A stretch of DNA of 18,657 bases from a virus. Shown piece after piece: positions 8,038 through 14,809 of this stretch. Within the stretch, counting starts at the first letter, position 1. Each line of letters starts with the position of its first letter. The stretch lies in the UHGV virus genome UHGV-0107297; one strand, given 5' to 3'. The position numbers and the translations under genes were made by a program. The notes below the pieces were generated by a model that saw nothing but the letters and a program-made list of their open reading frames with translations, was not told the DNA's origin and searched no databases.

Positions 8038-8256
8038 TTAATCTTCGTCGCCCGGGAACTCGCTGTGTACCGCGTCCACCAGCTCCCGCTTTTCATCTTC
8101 ACTCAGCAGGTGCCAGATATCCTTCCCTTTGGGCGATTCCCCTTCTGCCGGGACGAACGACCACAACTTGCGGTACAACTCCGGCCCCACTGCATCCAGA
8201 CACTCAGCCAGGGAATCCACGCCCCACACCTCAACCGTCACAGGCATCTTAATCAT
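8038..8256 (-). CDS. hypothetical acidic 72-aa protein
   Basis: ATG at 8256 preceded by GTGAGGATGAAGAG; D/E-rich. Confidence 0.55.
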   Translation of the reverse strand: MIKMPVTVEVWGVDSLAECLDAVGPELYRKLWSFVPAEGESPKGKDIWHLLSEDEKRELVDAVHSEFPGDED

Positions 8257-8286
8257 CTCTTCATCCTCACTTCGTTTATATAACGT

Positions 8287-8322
8287 CTAAACATGTTGTT
8301 TACTTGTTGGTGTTATTATCGC
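8287..8322 (-). promoter_or_regulatory. conserved box copy 6 (AAACATGTTGTTTACTTGTTGGTGTTATTATCG)
   Basis: Subfamily a; upstream of CDS 8038-8256. Confidence 0.5.
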
Positions 8323-8589
8323 AATAAGACAAAGGCGGAAAAGGATTTTATGTCGTGAAAGCCAGGCTGGGCAGTGAATATCCGGGAACGACACGGGAGC
8401 CAGTATTTACGATATTCTGCTCTACGCGCGCCACGGGGCTGGTGGGCAGAATATCCTTCTCCCCGAAAACCTACTGAAATAGCTTGAGACCCAATGATGG
8501 TCTGGCAGAATGGAGTCCAGTAGCTGCACGAGAGGGAATGACACTCCCCCGCGATTTTCAGGCGAGTGAAGAGTAAGGCGCACTCCCGA

Positions 8590-8770
8590 AGATTTCCCGC
8601 ACCGCTCCCGCAGTCGTCCCTCACTCTGTACCGGGATGTACCCGTTTCCCGACCGGCAGCCAGCCTTTCCCCGGTTCGTATAGCGGGATTCCCACCGTTT
8701 CCCTGAAAACCTCAAGCCTTTTCCCTGCGGCGACGCTCCCGTTCCTGAAAAGGGACATAGCTTTCCCGGA
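8590..8770. repeat. cluster of about 7 YTTTCCC(G) repeats (region B)
   Basis: gatttcccgc 8591, cccgtttcccgacc 8641, cctttccccgg 8665, ccgtttccctg 8695, ccttttccctgcgg 8718, cccgttcctg 8738, gctttcccgg 8760; related to region A. Confidence 0.5.
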
Positions 8771-8954
8771 TGGCCCGAAGGCTGACCGAAGGGGTGGAAA
8801 GGGACGTTACGGGGGATGAAAACTATGGCTTGAATTTATGCGGAAAAAGTGGCGATACCCCTCCTTCCCTTCCCACTTATACCTCCCACGAATTTTCTCT
8901 CTTATGTGGGCATAAACCTTCCCTCTGATAACGCTCTATACGGCGAGTATTCCT

Positions 8955-9480
8955 TTGGGTGAAATGGGTGGTTTGTTCTTTCTACCGGCATATGTGGTTT
9001 CGTTCTTCTTGAGGTGGTTCTTCTCTGTGTTTTCGTCTGGGTTGTTCTCGTCGTTTTGGTGAGTGTTCTTCTCCGTGTATGGAGTAATGGCAGGTGCGCT
9101 TTTCTCTTCGTTTACGTGAAATGATGAAAGTGTGGGTAATGGCAGTAGGGCGCTTTAGTTGTTCTCCGCATATGAAGTAATGGCGTTCCCTGCTATTCAG
9201 GAATTTGCGCTCTCTTTCGGGGTAATGGTGGGTAAACGAGATTGTGACGGCTCCTGTTCTTGTCTGGGTTTGTCCGGGGTTTCGTTCTGGCTGTTCTTCT
9301 CCGTGTATTGGGTAATGACGTATCGGGGTTTGCGCGTGCGAACCGCGTTCTCGGTTGCCTGGGAATATTAGGTGGGTGGTCTGTAGCCTGGGGCAATGAG
9401 GTGGGTCTTTTCGGTAGTCTGACAGGAAGAGGTGGGTGTTTCCGGGATTGTGGGTAATGGCGTCTCTGGGTTTCCTGTGG
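8955..9480. repeat. degenerate G/T-rich repeat array, no convincing ORF
   Basis: About 22-bp GKTKKTTCTTCTC units at 8960-9080; GTAATGG at 9084, 9136, 9177, 9222, 9312 (GTAATGA) and 9455; a 26-bp block GTTCTTCTCCGTGTATNGRGTAATGRC at 9065 and 9293; strong G+T strand bias. Confidence 0.6.
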
Positions 9481-9546
9481 GGGTTGTTAACTTGTTTTCT
9501 TATGCCTGAAAACAACTTGTTTAGATGCCCAATATAACGCAACGGG

Positions 9547-9571
9547 AGCGCTTCTGAGCGCTTCTGTTTTT
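9547..9571 (+). terminator. plus-strand rho-independent terminator at the right end of the repeat array
   Basis: AGCGC-TTCTGA-GCGCT hairpin followed by TCTGTTTTTGAG. Confidence 0.45.
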
Positions 9572-9714
9572 GAGTGATATCACGAGTCGTTTTTGACGTT
9601 TTGGTCGCAGGGAGATGGATTCTGGTGCGCAGGATTTTGGGTATAAGAGATGGCTTGCGAAAACGTCAACTTTTTAGACCAAATCAGAGGAAAGCGTTGA
9701 CTTTTCGTTGACGT

Positions 9715-9748
9715 GTTATTTATTTGTTTTCTTATGGGTGTAATTGGC
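9715..9748 (-). promoter_or_regulatory. degenerate conserved-box copy (TTATTTATTTGTTTTCTTATGGGTGTAATTGG), no gene downstream
   Basis: Matches the subfamily-a flank with only half of the palindrome; adjacent GTTGAC/GTCAAC repeats at 9664-9712. Confidence 0.3.
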
Positions 9749-9865
9749 TTAAATGCCTTGTCACCCCTGGGCTGGGGTAGGTTGGAGAGGTGGGGGAAGT
9801 GGCGATCAACGGACTCTTATAGAAATCCTCAATTTGTGACCGCCAATGTCAACGAGTTGCAGCCG

Positions 9866-10492
9866 TTAGTCGTTTAGGTAGTAATTAGGCACGCGAACGT
9901 AGAAATTCTCGTCACCGATCATTTCGATAGTGATGTTAATGTCATTACCGTTATCCAGTGTAGCCGTGGCTTTGTAGAACTTGTCCGTCACTTTGTCCTG
10001 AATTGTTACCTTCATGCATTTAGATGCTTCTGAACCGTTATTTTCTTTCAGAATAGTGGTAACTATAGGGCAAGCAGCTTCTTCAAGCGCTGAATCTGCG
10101 TTGAAGCTATACACGAAAAATGATGCAGCAAAGGCAACAATCCATACGATAAACAGCAGTCGGTTACTTCCAAGAACCGTCGCTCGTTTCCAGAGATACA
10201 CAGGGGGGATAAAGAACCCACATAAGAATGATGGTGGCTCATAGCCTGCCTCAGTCAAATTCATGCGATCGGCGACCAGCAGTCCAAGCCCAATGACGAA
10301 CGAAATCACCATAACGTAATTGTCGTACTCAGCAGGGGGGACGCTGACAACAAACGGCAGTATTGCTATAAGCCACGCGTAGAGGTTTTTAACTGATTTT
10401 TTTTCTAAAGTATCGATTTCCATTACATCCATTCCATTTTGAAATACAAGCGGGTATATGATATCAACTTTCCAGGTAATTATTCCCGCCAT
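9866..10492 (-). CDS. predicted integral membrane protein, 208 aa, with about 80-aa soluble C-terminal domain
   Basis: ATG at 10492 is 15 nt after the upstream stop; hydrophobic segments LYAWLIAILPFVVSV, YVMVISFVIGLGLLV, LLFIVWIVAFAASFFVY. Confidence 0.65.
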   Translation of the reverse strand: MAGIITWKVDIIYPLVFQNGMDVMEIDTLEKKSVKNLYAWLIAILPFVVSVPPAEYDNYVMVISFVIGLGLLVADRMNLTEAGYEPPSFLCGFFIPPVYLWKRATVLGSNRLLFIVWIVAFAASFFVYSFNADSALEEAACPIVTTILKENNGSEASKCMKVTIQDKVTDKFYKATATLDNGNDINITIEMIGDENFYVRVPNYYLND

Positions 10493-10507
10493 TGCTAGTA
10501 GTTATAT

Positions 10508-10828
10508 CTACCAATCCCATGCTGGCATTCCATCCACCAGCTCCGCATCACAGTCAAATTGTACCGAATCATACCCGGCATCCCGTATGGCCTGTATGTT
10601 AGAGATCGCCTCTTGGGAAATGCCGTAATCACGCAATTCTTCCTTCCAGTCATTCCCTCGCATTCCAGCACGAACAATCCATCCATACTGTGTACCGTGT
10701 ACCCAATTCAACCCGCGATCAGTAAGTGGGTCGAAGCAGGCAATGGGTAGCCGTTCTGAATCCGCTGCCGTGACGTGGGCGGTGCTGATCACCGCCGTCT
10801 TATACGATTCGGTGATTTTCAGCATCAT
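10508..10828 (-). CDS. hypothetical 106-aa protein
   Basis: Strong SD CCAAAGGAGAAGGC before ATG at 10828; start overlaps upstream stop (ATGA). Confidence 0.7.
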   Translation of the reverse strand: MMLKITESYKTAVISTAHVTAADSERLPIACFDPLTDRGLNWVHGTQYGWIVRAGMRGNDWKEELRDYGISQEAISNIQAIRDAGYDSVQFDCDAELVDGMPAWDW

Positions 10829-11061
10829 GCCTTCTCCTTTGGAAACAGAATGTTGGCCGTGTCAGAAATGACATCCCAATTCACGCCGACGCTGGCATCA
10901 TGGCACTCTTTGATTTTTCGCAAAACCTGAACGCACTGTTCGTCAGTCAGGTCTGGTCGCCCTTCACCTACATCTTCCTTGTGCCACATCACCATCAGCA
11001 GCGGCTCGTCTTCTGGGTAGTTCTCCAGCTTTTCGATAATTTCTTTCGCGGTTCCGAACAT
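10825..11061 (-). CDS. hypothetical acidic 78-aa protein
   Basis: Track start at 11079 is a TTG inside the box; in-frame ATG at 11061 has SD AAGGAG. Confidence 0.6.
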   Translation of the reverse strand: MFGTAKEIIEKLENYPEDEPLLMVMWHKEDVGEGRPDLTDEQCVQVLRKIKECHDASVGVNWDVISDTANILFPKEKA

Positions 11062-11072
11062 GATTAACTCCT

Positions 11073-11106
11073 TAAACAATTTGTTTTCTTATTGGTATTA
11101 TTATCT
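11073..11106 (-). promoter_or_regulatory. conserved box copy 7 (AAACAATTTGTTTTCTTATTGGTATTATTATCTC)
   Basis: Palindrome abuts the SD of CDS 10825-11061. Confidence 0.5.
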
Positions 11107-11117
11107 CAAATAACGAA

Positions 11118-11140
11118 AGGCAGAAAACAAGATGTTTAAG
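11118..11140. promoter_or_regulatory. conserved box copy 8, inverted (GGCAGAAAACAAGATGTTTAAGGG)
   Basis: Back-to-back with copy 7; same GGCAGAAAACAA flank as copy 3. Confidence 0.4.
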
Positions 11141-11146
11141 GGATGA

Positions 11147-11413
11147 CTAGGTGAGTTTGAAGTCGTCTATGTCATCAACAAACTCCATATACCTGGCTTC
11201 GACACTCGACAATCTGATCAGATACGCAAGCCCGTAACTTAGTGAAGTGGGTTGCTCCAGCACAAATTCGAACCCATCCTCATGCGTTTTACCAAGCCAG
11301 AACCCCCCACCGTATTCTTTTTCACGTTGGAAGAAAACGAACTGTCCGGGTATTAGGTGCTTGAGTGCTTCGCCCCTATAGACGATCACATATTTAGAAT
11401 TCTTGCTGCCCAT
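11147..11413 (-). CDS. hypothetical 88-aa protein
   Basis: Track ORF begins with TTG at 11470; in-frame ATG at 11413 has SD GCGAGGCGAGCA; start uncertain. Confidence 0.5.
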   Translation of the reverse strand: MGSKNSKYVIVYRGEALKHLIPGQFVFFQREKEYGGGFWLGKTHEDGFEFVLEQPTSLSYGLAYLIRLSSVEARYMEFVDDIDDFKLT

Positions 11414-11486
11414 TGCTCGCCTCGCAATACTGCACATATAAACAGTGGTATTTATTACGGTACTGGTCAACTTTACGGGTTAATTG

Positions 11487-11518
11487 AATAACAAGATGGT
11501 GAAAACAATTTGTTTTGG
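11487..11518 (+). promoter_or_regulatory. conserved box copy 9 (AACAAGATGGTGAAAACAATTTGTTTTGGCG)
   Basis: Core GAAAACAATTTGTTTT; about 85 nt upstream of plus-strand CDS 11601. Confidence 0.45.
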
Positions 11519-11600
11519 CGCTTGAGATTTTGCAAATCGCACCTACATGGAAAACGGCAATTTTTGAAACCTGATTTGACCCATGTGAAAGGAGGAAACG

Positions 11601-11804
11601 ATGAAGACCTATGATCGCAACCGTAACACTATCACTACCGGCAGCCGAGTGATGGTGGCAACGAATGGTGCAACGGGAGTCATCAAGGAAATCTGCGGAG
11701 AAGGCAAATCAGAAGAACAATTACGCCGCTCTGACTGCGTGTCTATCGAAGGTGTGGAAGATCTGTTCTGCCCAATGGATTTAGTTCGCCTGGGATTCCA
11801 ATAA
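11601..11804 (+). CDS. hypothetical 67-aa protein
   Basis: Strong SD GAAAGGAGGAAACG before ATG; no motif recognised. Confidence 0.65.
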   Translation: MKTYDRNRNTITTGSRVMVATNGATGVIKEICGEGKSEEQLRRSDCVSIEGVEDLFCPMDLVRLGFQ

Positions 11805-11805
11805 T

Positions 11806-11852
11806 TACACCACTAATTAAACAAATTGTTTAAGGCCACAAATAATGGCCTT
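11806..11852. promoter_or_regulatory. conserved box copy 10 fused to a GC hairpin
   Basis: ATAATTACACCACTAATTAAACAAATTGTTT followed directly by AAGGCCA-CAAATAA-TGGCCTT (11832-11852), between convergent genes. Confidence 0.4.
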
Positions 11853-11859
11853 ATCTGGC

Positions 11860-12558
11860 TTACGGAACAGCAGTAATCAGATCGCAAATGCCTGTTTTAG
11901 TTAAATCACTATTTAGCTTCTGAAAATTGGCATTCAGCATTGCGGTATGTATTCGATTCTCAAGTTCAAAGAAGAGATCGATCTTGCCCTCTTTGGCTGC
12001 CACCTTCTTCCAAATATTCACCTGGTCATCTGCGATACGACTTGCGCAGGTGAACAAGAACGAACTCCCTCTGGGAAGGGATGTCGTGCTGTAGTATTCA
12101 CCGTCAACTTCAATATACTTAGCTCGGAATGACTCCAGAGTTAGCTTTTTACCGCTCTCAGCCTGCTTTGTGTCTGCCTTGCTTGTCTTTTCCTGAACTT
12201 CAGGCTGTTTCTGCACAGGCTTTGGTGTCTCATTGACCACCGCAGTGCTGGCCGAACCATCCAAACTCTTGAGGCCATTAATTTGGATTAGATAAGCCAA
12301 CTCCAGAGTCTTATCACCAGTGAGTTTTCCACGCATACTTACCCATTGACGCTGAACCGTCTTTAAGGCGTCTGCGTCCCCCGGGTTTGCTTTGAGTGCG
12401 TTGGAATAGGTAGAGCTAAGTTGTTCGTCTAATTTTGACAGGCGTTCGTTATCGCAGATTTTGTGTTCGATTTCTGCCGAAGCCTTTTGGCAGTCAAAGC
12501 TGGCTGCAAATACAGCCGGCGATGCCACCAACAATGATGCCAGTAGGATATTTTTCAT
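11860..12558 (-). CDS. secreted protein with DUF1311 / LprI-like (lysozyme-inhibitor family) N-terminal domain, 232 aa
   Basis: Track start is GTG at 12564; in-frame ATG at 12558 has SD GGAG; signal peptide MKNILLASLLVASPAVFA; spaced Cys pattern FDCQKASAEIEHKICDN...QRQWV typical of DUF1311 as recalled. Confidence 0.65.
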   Translation of the reverse strand: MKNILLASLLVASPAVFAASFDCQKASAEIEHKICDNERLSKLDEQLSSTYSNALKANPGDADALKTVQRQWVSMRGKLTGDKTLELAYLIQINGLKSLDGSASTAVVNETPKPVQKQPEVQEKTSKADTKQAESGKKLTLESFRAKYIEVDGEYYSTTSLPRGSSFLFTCASRIADDQVNIWKKVAAKEGKIDLFFELENRIHTAMLNANFQKLNSDLTKTGICDLITAVP

Positions 12559-12596
12559 ATTCACTCCATAAATATAAAAGCGCCTGACTATAGCAC

Positions 12597-12812
12597 TTAA
12601 CCGATTGCTTCTCTCATCTGATTGTGAAGCTCTTTCAGCCCATTACGTACCGCGTTCATGATACGTTCCAGGTATTGGTATCTGGGGTTTGGCACCGTTG
12701 GCCAACCGGCATACCACGGATCGTCACCAAACAGACTCAGCAGTTCGTTACCGACACCGAAACAGCAGCAACTTTCTTTTACGTCATCAGCGTTTTCTGC
12801 CTCGTCCCACAT
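12597..12812 (-). CDS. hypothetical 71-aa protein (weak)
   Basis: ATG ORF with weak SD; frame is open a further 87 nt upstream without a start. Confidence 0.3.
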   Translation of the reverse strand: MWDEAENADDVKESCCCFGVGNELLSLFGDDPWYAGWPTVPNPRYQYLERIMNAVRNGLKELHNQMREAIG

Positions 12813-12858
12813 ATTGCGGGCCTGCTCTGCGTCGATTTCTCTCTCTCCCTGCGCAACT

Positions 12859-13167
12859 TTATGATTTCGGATTTGACGAAAAGCAGGTTTGCGTCGTTGT
12901 CATCGTCGACCGTACTGAAGTGGCACACTGAATTTGGCCGTCTGTAATGGGCAGATCCGGCAACTGTTTAAAAACTTCCATCTGCTCATGGATACGCAGA
13001 AACCACCTTGCCAGCTCCATCTGCTCACCGCGGGTGAGGGGATTATTCAGCGGGGACTTAACAAAAGCGGAGACTCGCTCGACAATAGGCGGCGATCTTC
13101 GCCAGACGGTCACACATTTCGTTCTCGCGATGACCTGCATGGCCTTTAACCCACTTCCAGCGGACAT
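12859..13167 (-). CDS. hypothetical 102-aa ORF overlapping the 3' end of the rnhA homolog (weak)
   Basis: ATG at 13167 lies inside the RNase H frame (13058-13513) in another frame; may be spurious. Confidence 0.25.
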   Translation of the reverse strand: MSAGSGLKAMQVIARTKCVTVWRRSPPIVERVSAFVKSPLNNPLTRGEQMELARWFLRIHEQMEVFKQLPDLPITDGQIQCATSVRSTMTTTQTCFSSNPKS

Positions 13168-13513
13168 TATGACGACTGGCGGCCGCGTCGAGACGTTTCC
13201 AGAGATCCACGTTTTTGACTGGCTTCTTCTCAGACGTGATCCATCCGTTACGCTTCCAGCCTTTCATCCAGAGCGTCATGCCGTTTTTAAGATACTGGCT
13301 GTCGGAATGCAGGATCACGTTGCAGGGGTACTTCAGACGCTCCAGCGCAATCAGGGCGCCCATCATCTCCATCCGATTGTTGGTCGTGCTGTGGAAGCCC
13401 TCAGAAAGCTCGCGCTCTTCGCCTCGATACTGGAGAACGATGCCGTAACCGCCCGGCCCGCCCGGATTTTTGAGGCAGGAGCCATCACTGAATACTTTTA
13501 CGGTTTTGAGCTG
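13058..13513 (-). pseudogene. rnhA: RNase HI homolog with start codon replaced by CAG
   Basis: Translation [24 protein letters not shown]...[16 protein letters not shown]...HSDSQYL...[14 protein letters not shown]...[14 protein letters not shown] matches RNase HI along its length; codon at 13511-13513 is CAG where ATG is expected; no ATG/GTG/TTG in frame between the upstream TAA and internal Met at 13372. Confidence 0.6.
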
Positions 13514-13683
13514 GGGATTGAACTCGACTACGGGGGTTTTGAAGTTGGTACGGGATTGCTGGTGGGTTTGGTATTCGAACTGGCTCGGGCCAGTGCAATC
13601 GACAGCGAACTTTGTCAGCGCTTCATGCAGCTGGCAGCGGCTCGGTGGGCGTTACGTTTTACGATGCTTATTATGTGTAGCCC

Positions 13684-13712
13684 AATTAAAAAGACCACTA
13701 TATATAGTGGTC
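13684..13712 (-). terminator. rho-independent terminator of CDS 13752-14153
   Basis: Perfect 22-bp palindrome AGACCACTATATATAGTGGTCT followed on the minus strand by TTTTTAATTGG. Confidence 0.65.
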
Positions 13713-13751
13713 TCATGGTAATAGATAAGCACTTACCTATCAATTATCAAC

Positions 13752-14153
13752 TTATAAAATTCCAGCAAGAACATCGCGAACCTGACGGAATTGATCAGTT
13801 TGCATACCGGTGTAAATCGATGCGACAGCGTCCGCAAGGTGCTCGTTTTTATTCACCAGCACTTCCTTGCCCGATTGCTTCCGGCGCAACCACGGGGCGT
13901 TTGGCTGCTTCTGCGTAGCCCACTGAATGATCTCTTCTTTCGACGTAGTCAGCTTATTCCCGACATAGTACTTAATCTCGTTTGGCGTGACCTGTATCAG
14001 TGGCTTATCCACACACGCCAGTACGCCAAGACAACCACCATAAGAAACCATCGCTCTAGCAGATTGACTGCCTACTGGCAGTTCACAGAACACTAAATGA
14101 ACTTGGTCAATCAGTGGCTTAATACCACGCCAAATCTCGTTCAACCGCCGCAT
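13752..14153 (-). CDS. hypothetical 133-aa protein
   Basis: ATG ORF with terminator downstream; no motif assigned confidently. Confidence 0.5.
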   Translation of the reverse strand: MRRLNEIWRGIKPLIDQVHLVFCELPVGSQSARAMVSYGGCLGVLACVDKPLIQVTPNEIKYYVGNKLTTSKEEIIQWATQKQPNAPWLRRKQSGKEVLVNKNEHLADAVASIYTGMQTDQFRQVRDVLAGIL

Positions 14154-14187
14154 ATCGTCACTGTTAACGCGAACTTGCTTTTTCGTA

Positions 14188-14466
14188 TCACCAGCTTACC
14201 ACCTTGAGACCCAACTCTTTGATGATCCACTCGTAAGTTTCGGTCACGAAATGCAGAACGGAAGGTGATATAGCACCGCGAACATGGAAGGTATCACCAG
14301 CTACCAGCATGTGCTTACAGCCAGCAGCTTTCATCGCTTTGGCCGCCTCCTTCGTAGCGTCCAGTTGGATCTCCAGCCGAGAGTTAAGCCCGTCAGCGTT
14401 TGTTGTCGCAAAAGCATCCCAACGATGATAATGGGGATCTGATATTACCCCGTATGGCAATGTCAT
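14188..14466 (-). CDS. 92-aa ORF with N-terminal metallophosphoesterase (SbcD/Mre11-like) motifs; probably truncated
   Basis: ISDPHYH (DxH motif I) and LVAGDTFH (GD motif II) at SbcD-like spacing, but ORF stops after 92 aa before the expected GNH(D/E) motif. Confidence 0.4.
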   Translation of the reverse strand: MTLPYGVISDPHYHRWDAFATTNADGLNSRLEIQLDATKEAAKAMKAAGCKHMLVAGDTFHVRGAISPSVLHFVTETYEWIIKELGLKVVSW

Positions 14467-14809
14467 GTGTCTTTTCCTTTGTGGTTATTTTGATACAAAT
14501 TCTAAGCGTGCATAAGAGGCATACAACCCAGACAACACGGCACACAAAAGAATATAAAGGCACATGATAATGACAAAAAAATAAGTAAGTAAATACCTAT
14601 CAGATAGGGCAGCAACGATTTCTAAACGTCACAAGCAATTTTATGAGAGCAGTCATTTACTGATGACAAGAAATGAAAAAGGAGAACGGACGGTGAAGTT
14701 GTGAGATGACATTTACGGCGTTTGCGTGCGTCGTCTTCAAACGCATCCGTCGGCCACAGTTTCTGCTCTTGAATAAAATTCACTCATGCATTAATCCCTA
14801 AAGCTCTCA

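Noticed and set aside
5283-8322. Integron-style cassettes, with the downstream hairpins as attC sites
   Set aside because: No intI gene in the window and no conserved attC core sites; the hairpins are short perfect GC stems more like terminators; independent promoter-terminator units is the simpler reading.
8955-9480. CRISPR array
   Set aside because: Repeats are degenerate, of variable length and irregularly spaced, with no unique spacers of constant size and no cas genes; the iteron fields likewise are protein-binding repeats, not CRISPR.
8982-9542. 186-aa minus-strand ORF across the G/T-rich repeat array
   Set aside because: Starts with TTG, has no SD, and its H/R/P/E-rich low-complexity translation is what the repeat would give by chance; kept only as a remote alternative in the findings.
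12947-13918. Longest plus-strand ORF in the region (323 aa)
   Set aside because: Runs antisense across the clear RNase HI homology and the terminator palindrome; no SD and no motif; treated as a chance open frame.
13752-14153. RuvC-like Holliday-junction resolvase call for the 133-aa ORF
   Set aside because: Only a short H..DA.A-like stretch (NEHLADAVASIY) resembles RuvC; the N-terminal catalytic Asp context is absent, so left as hypothetical.
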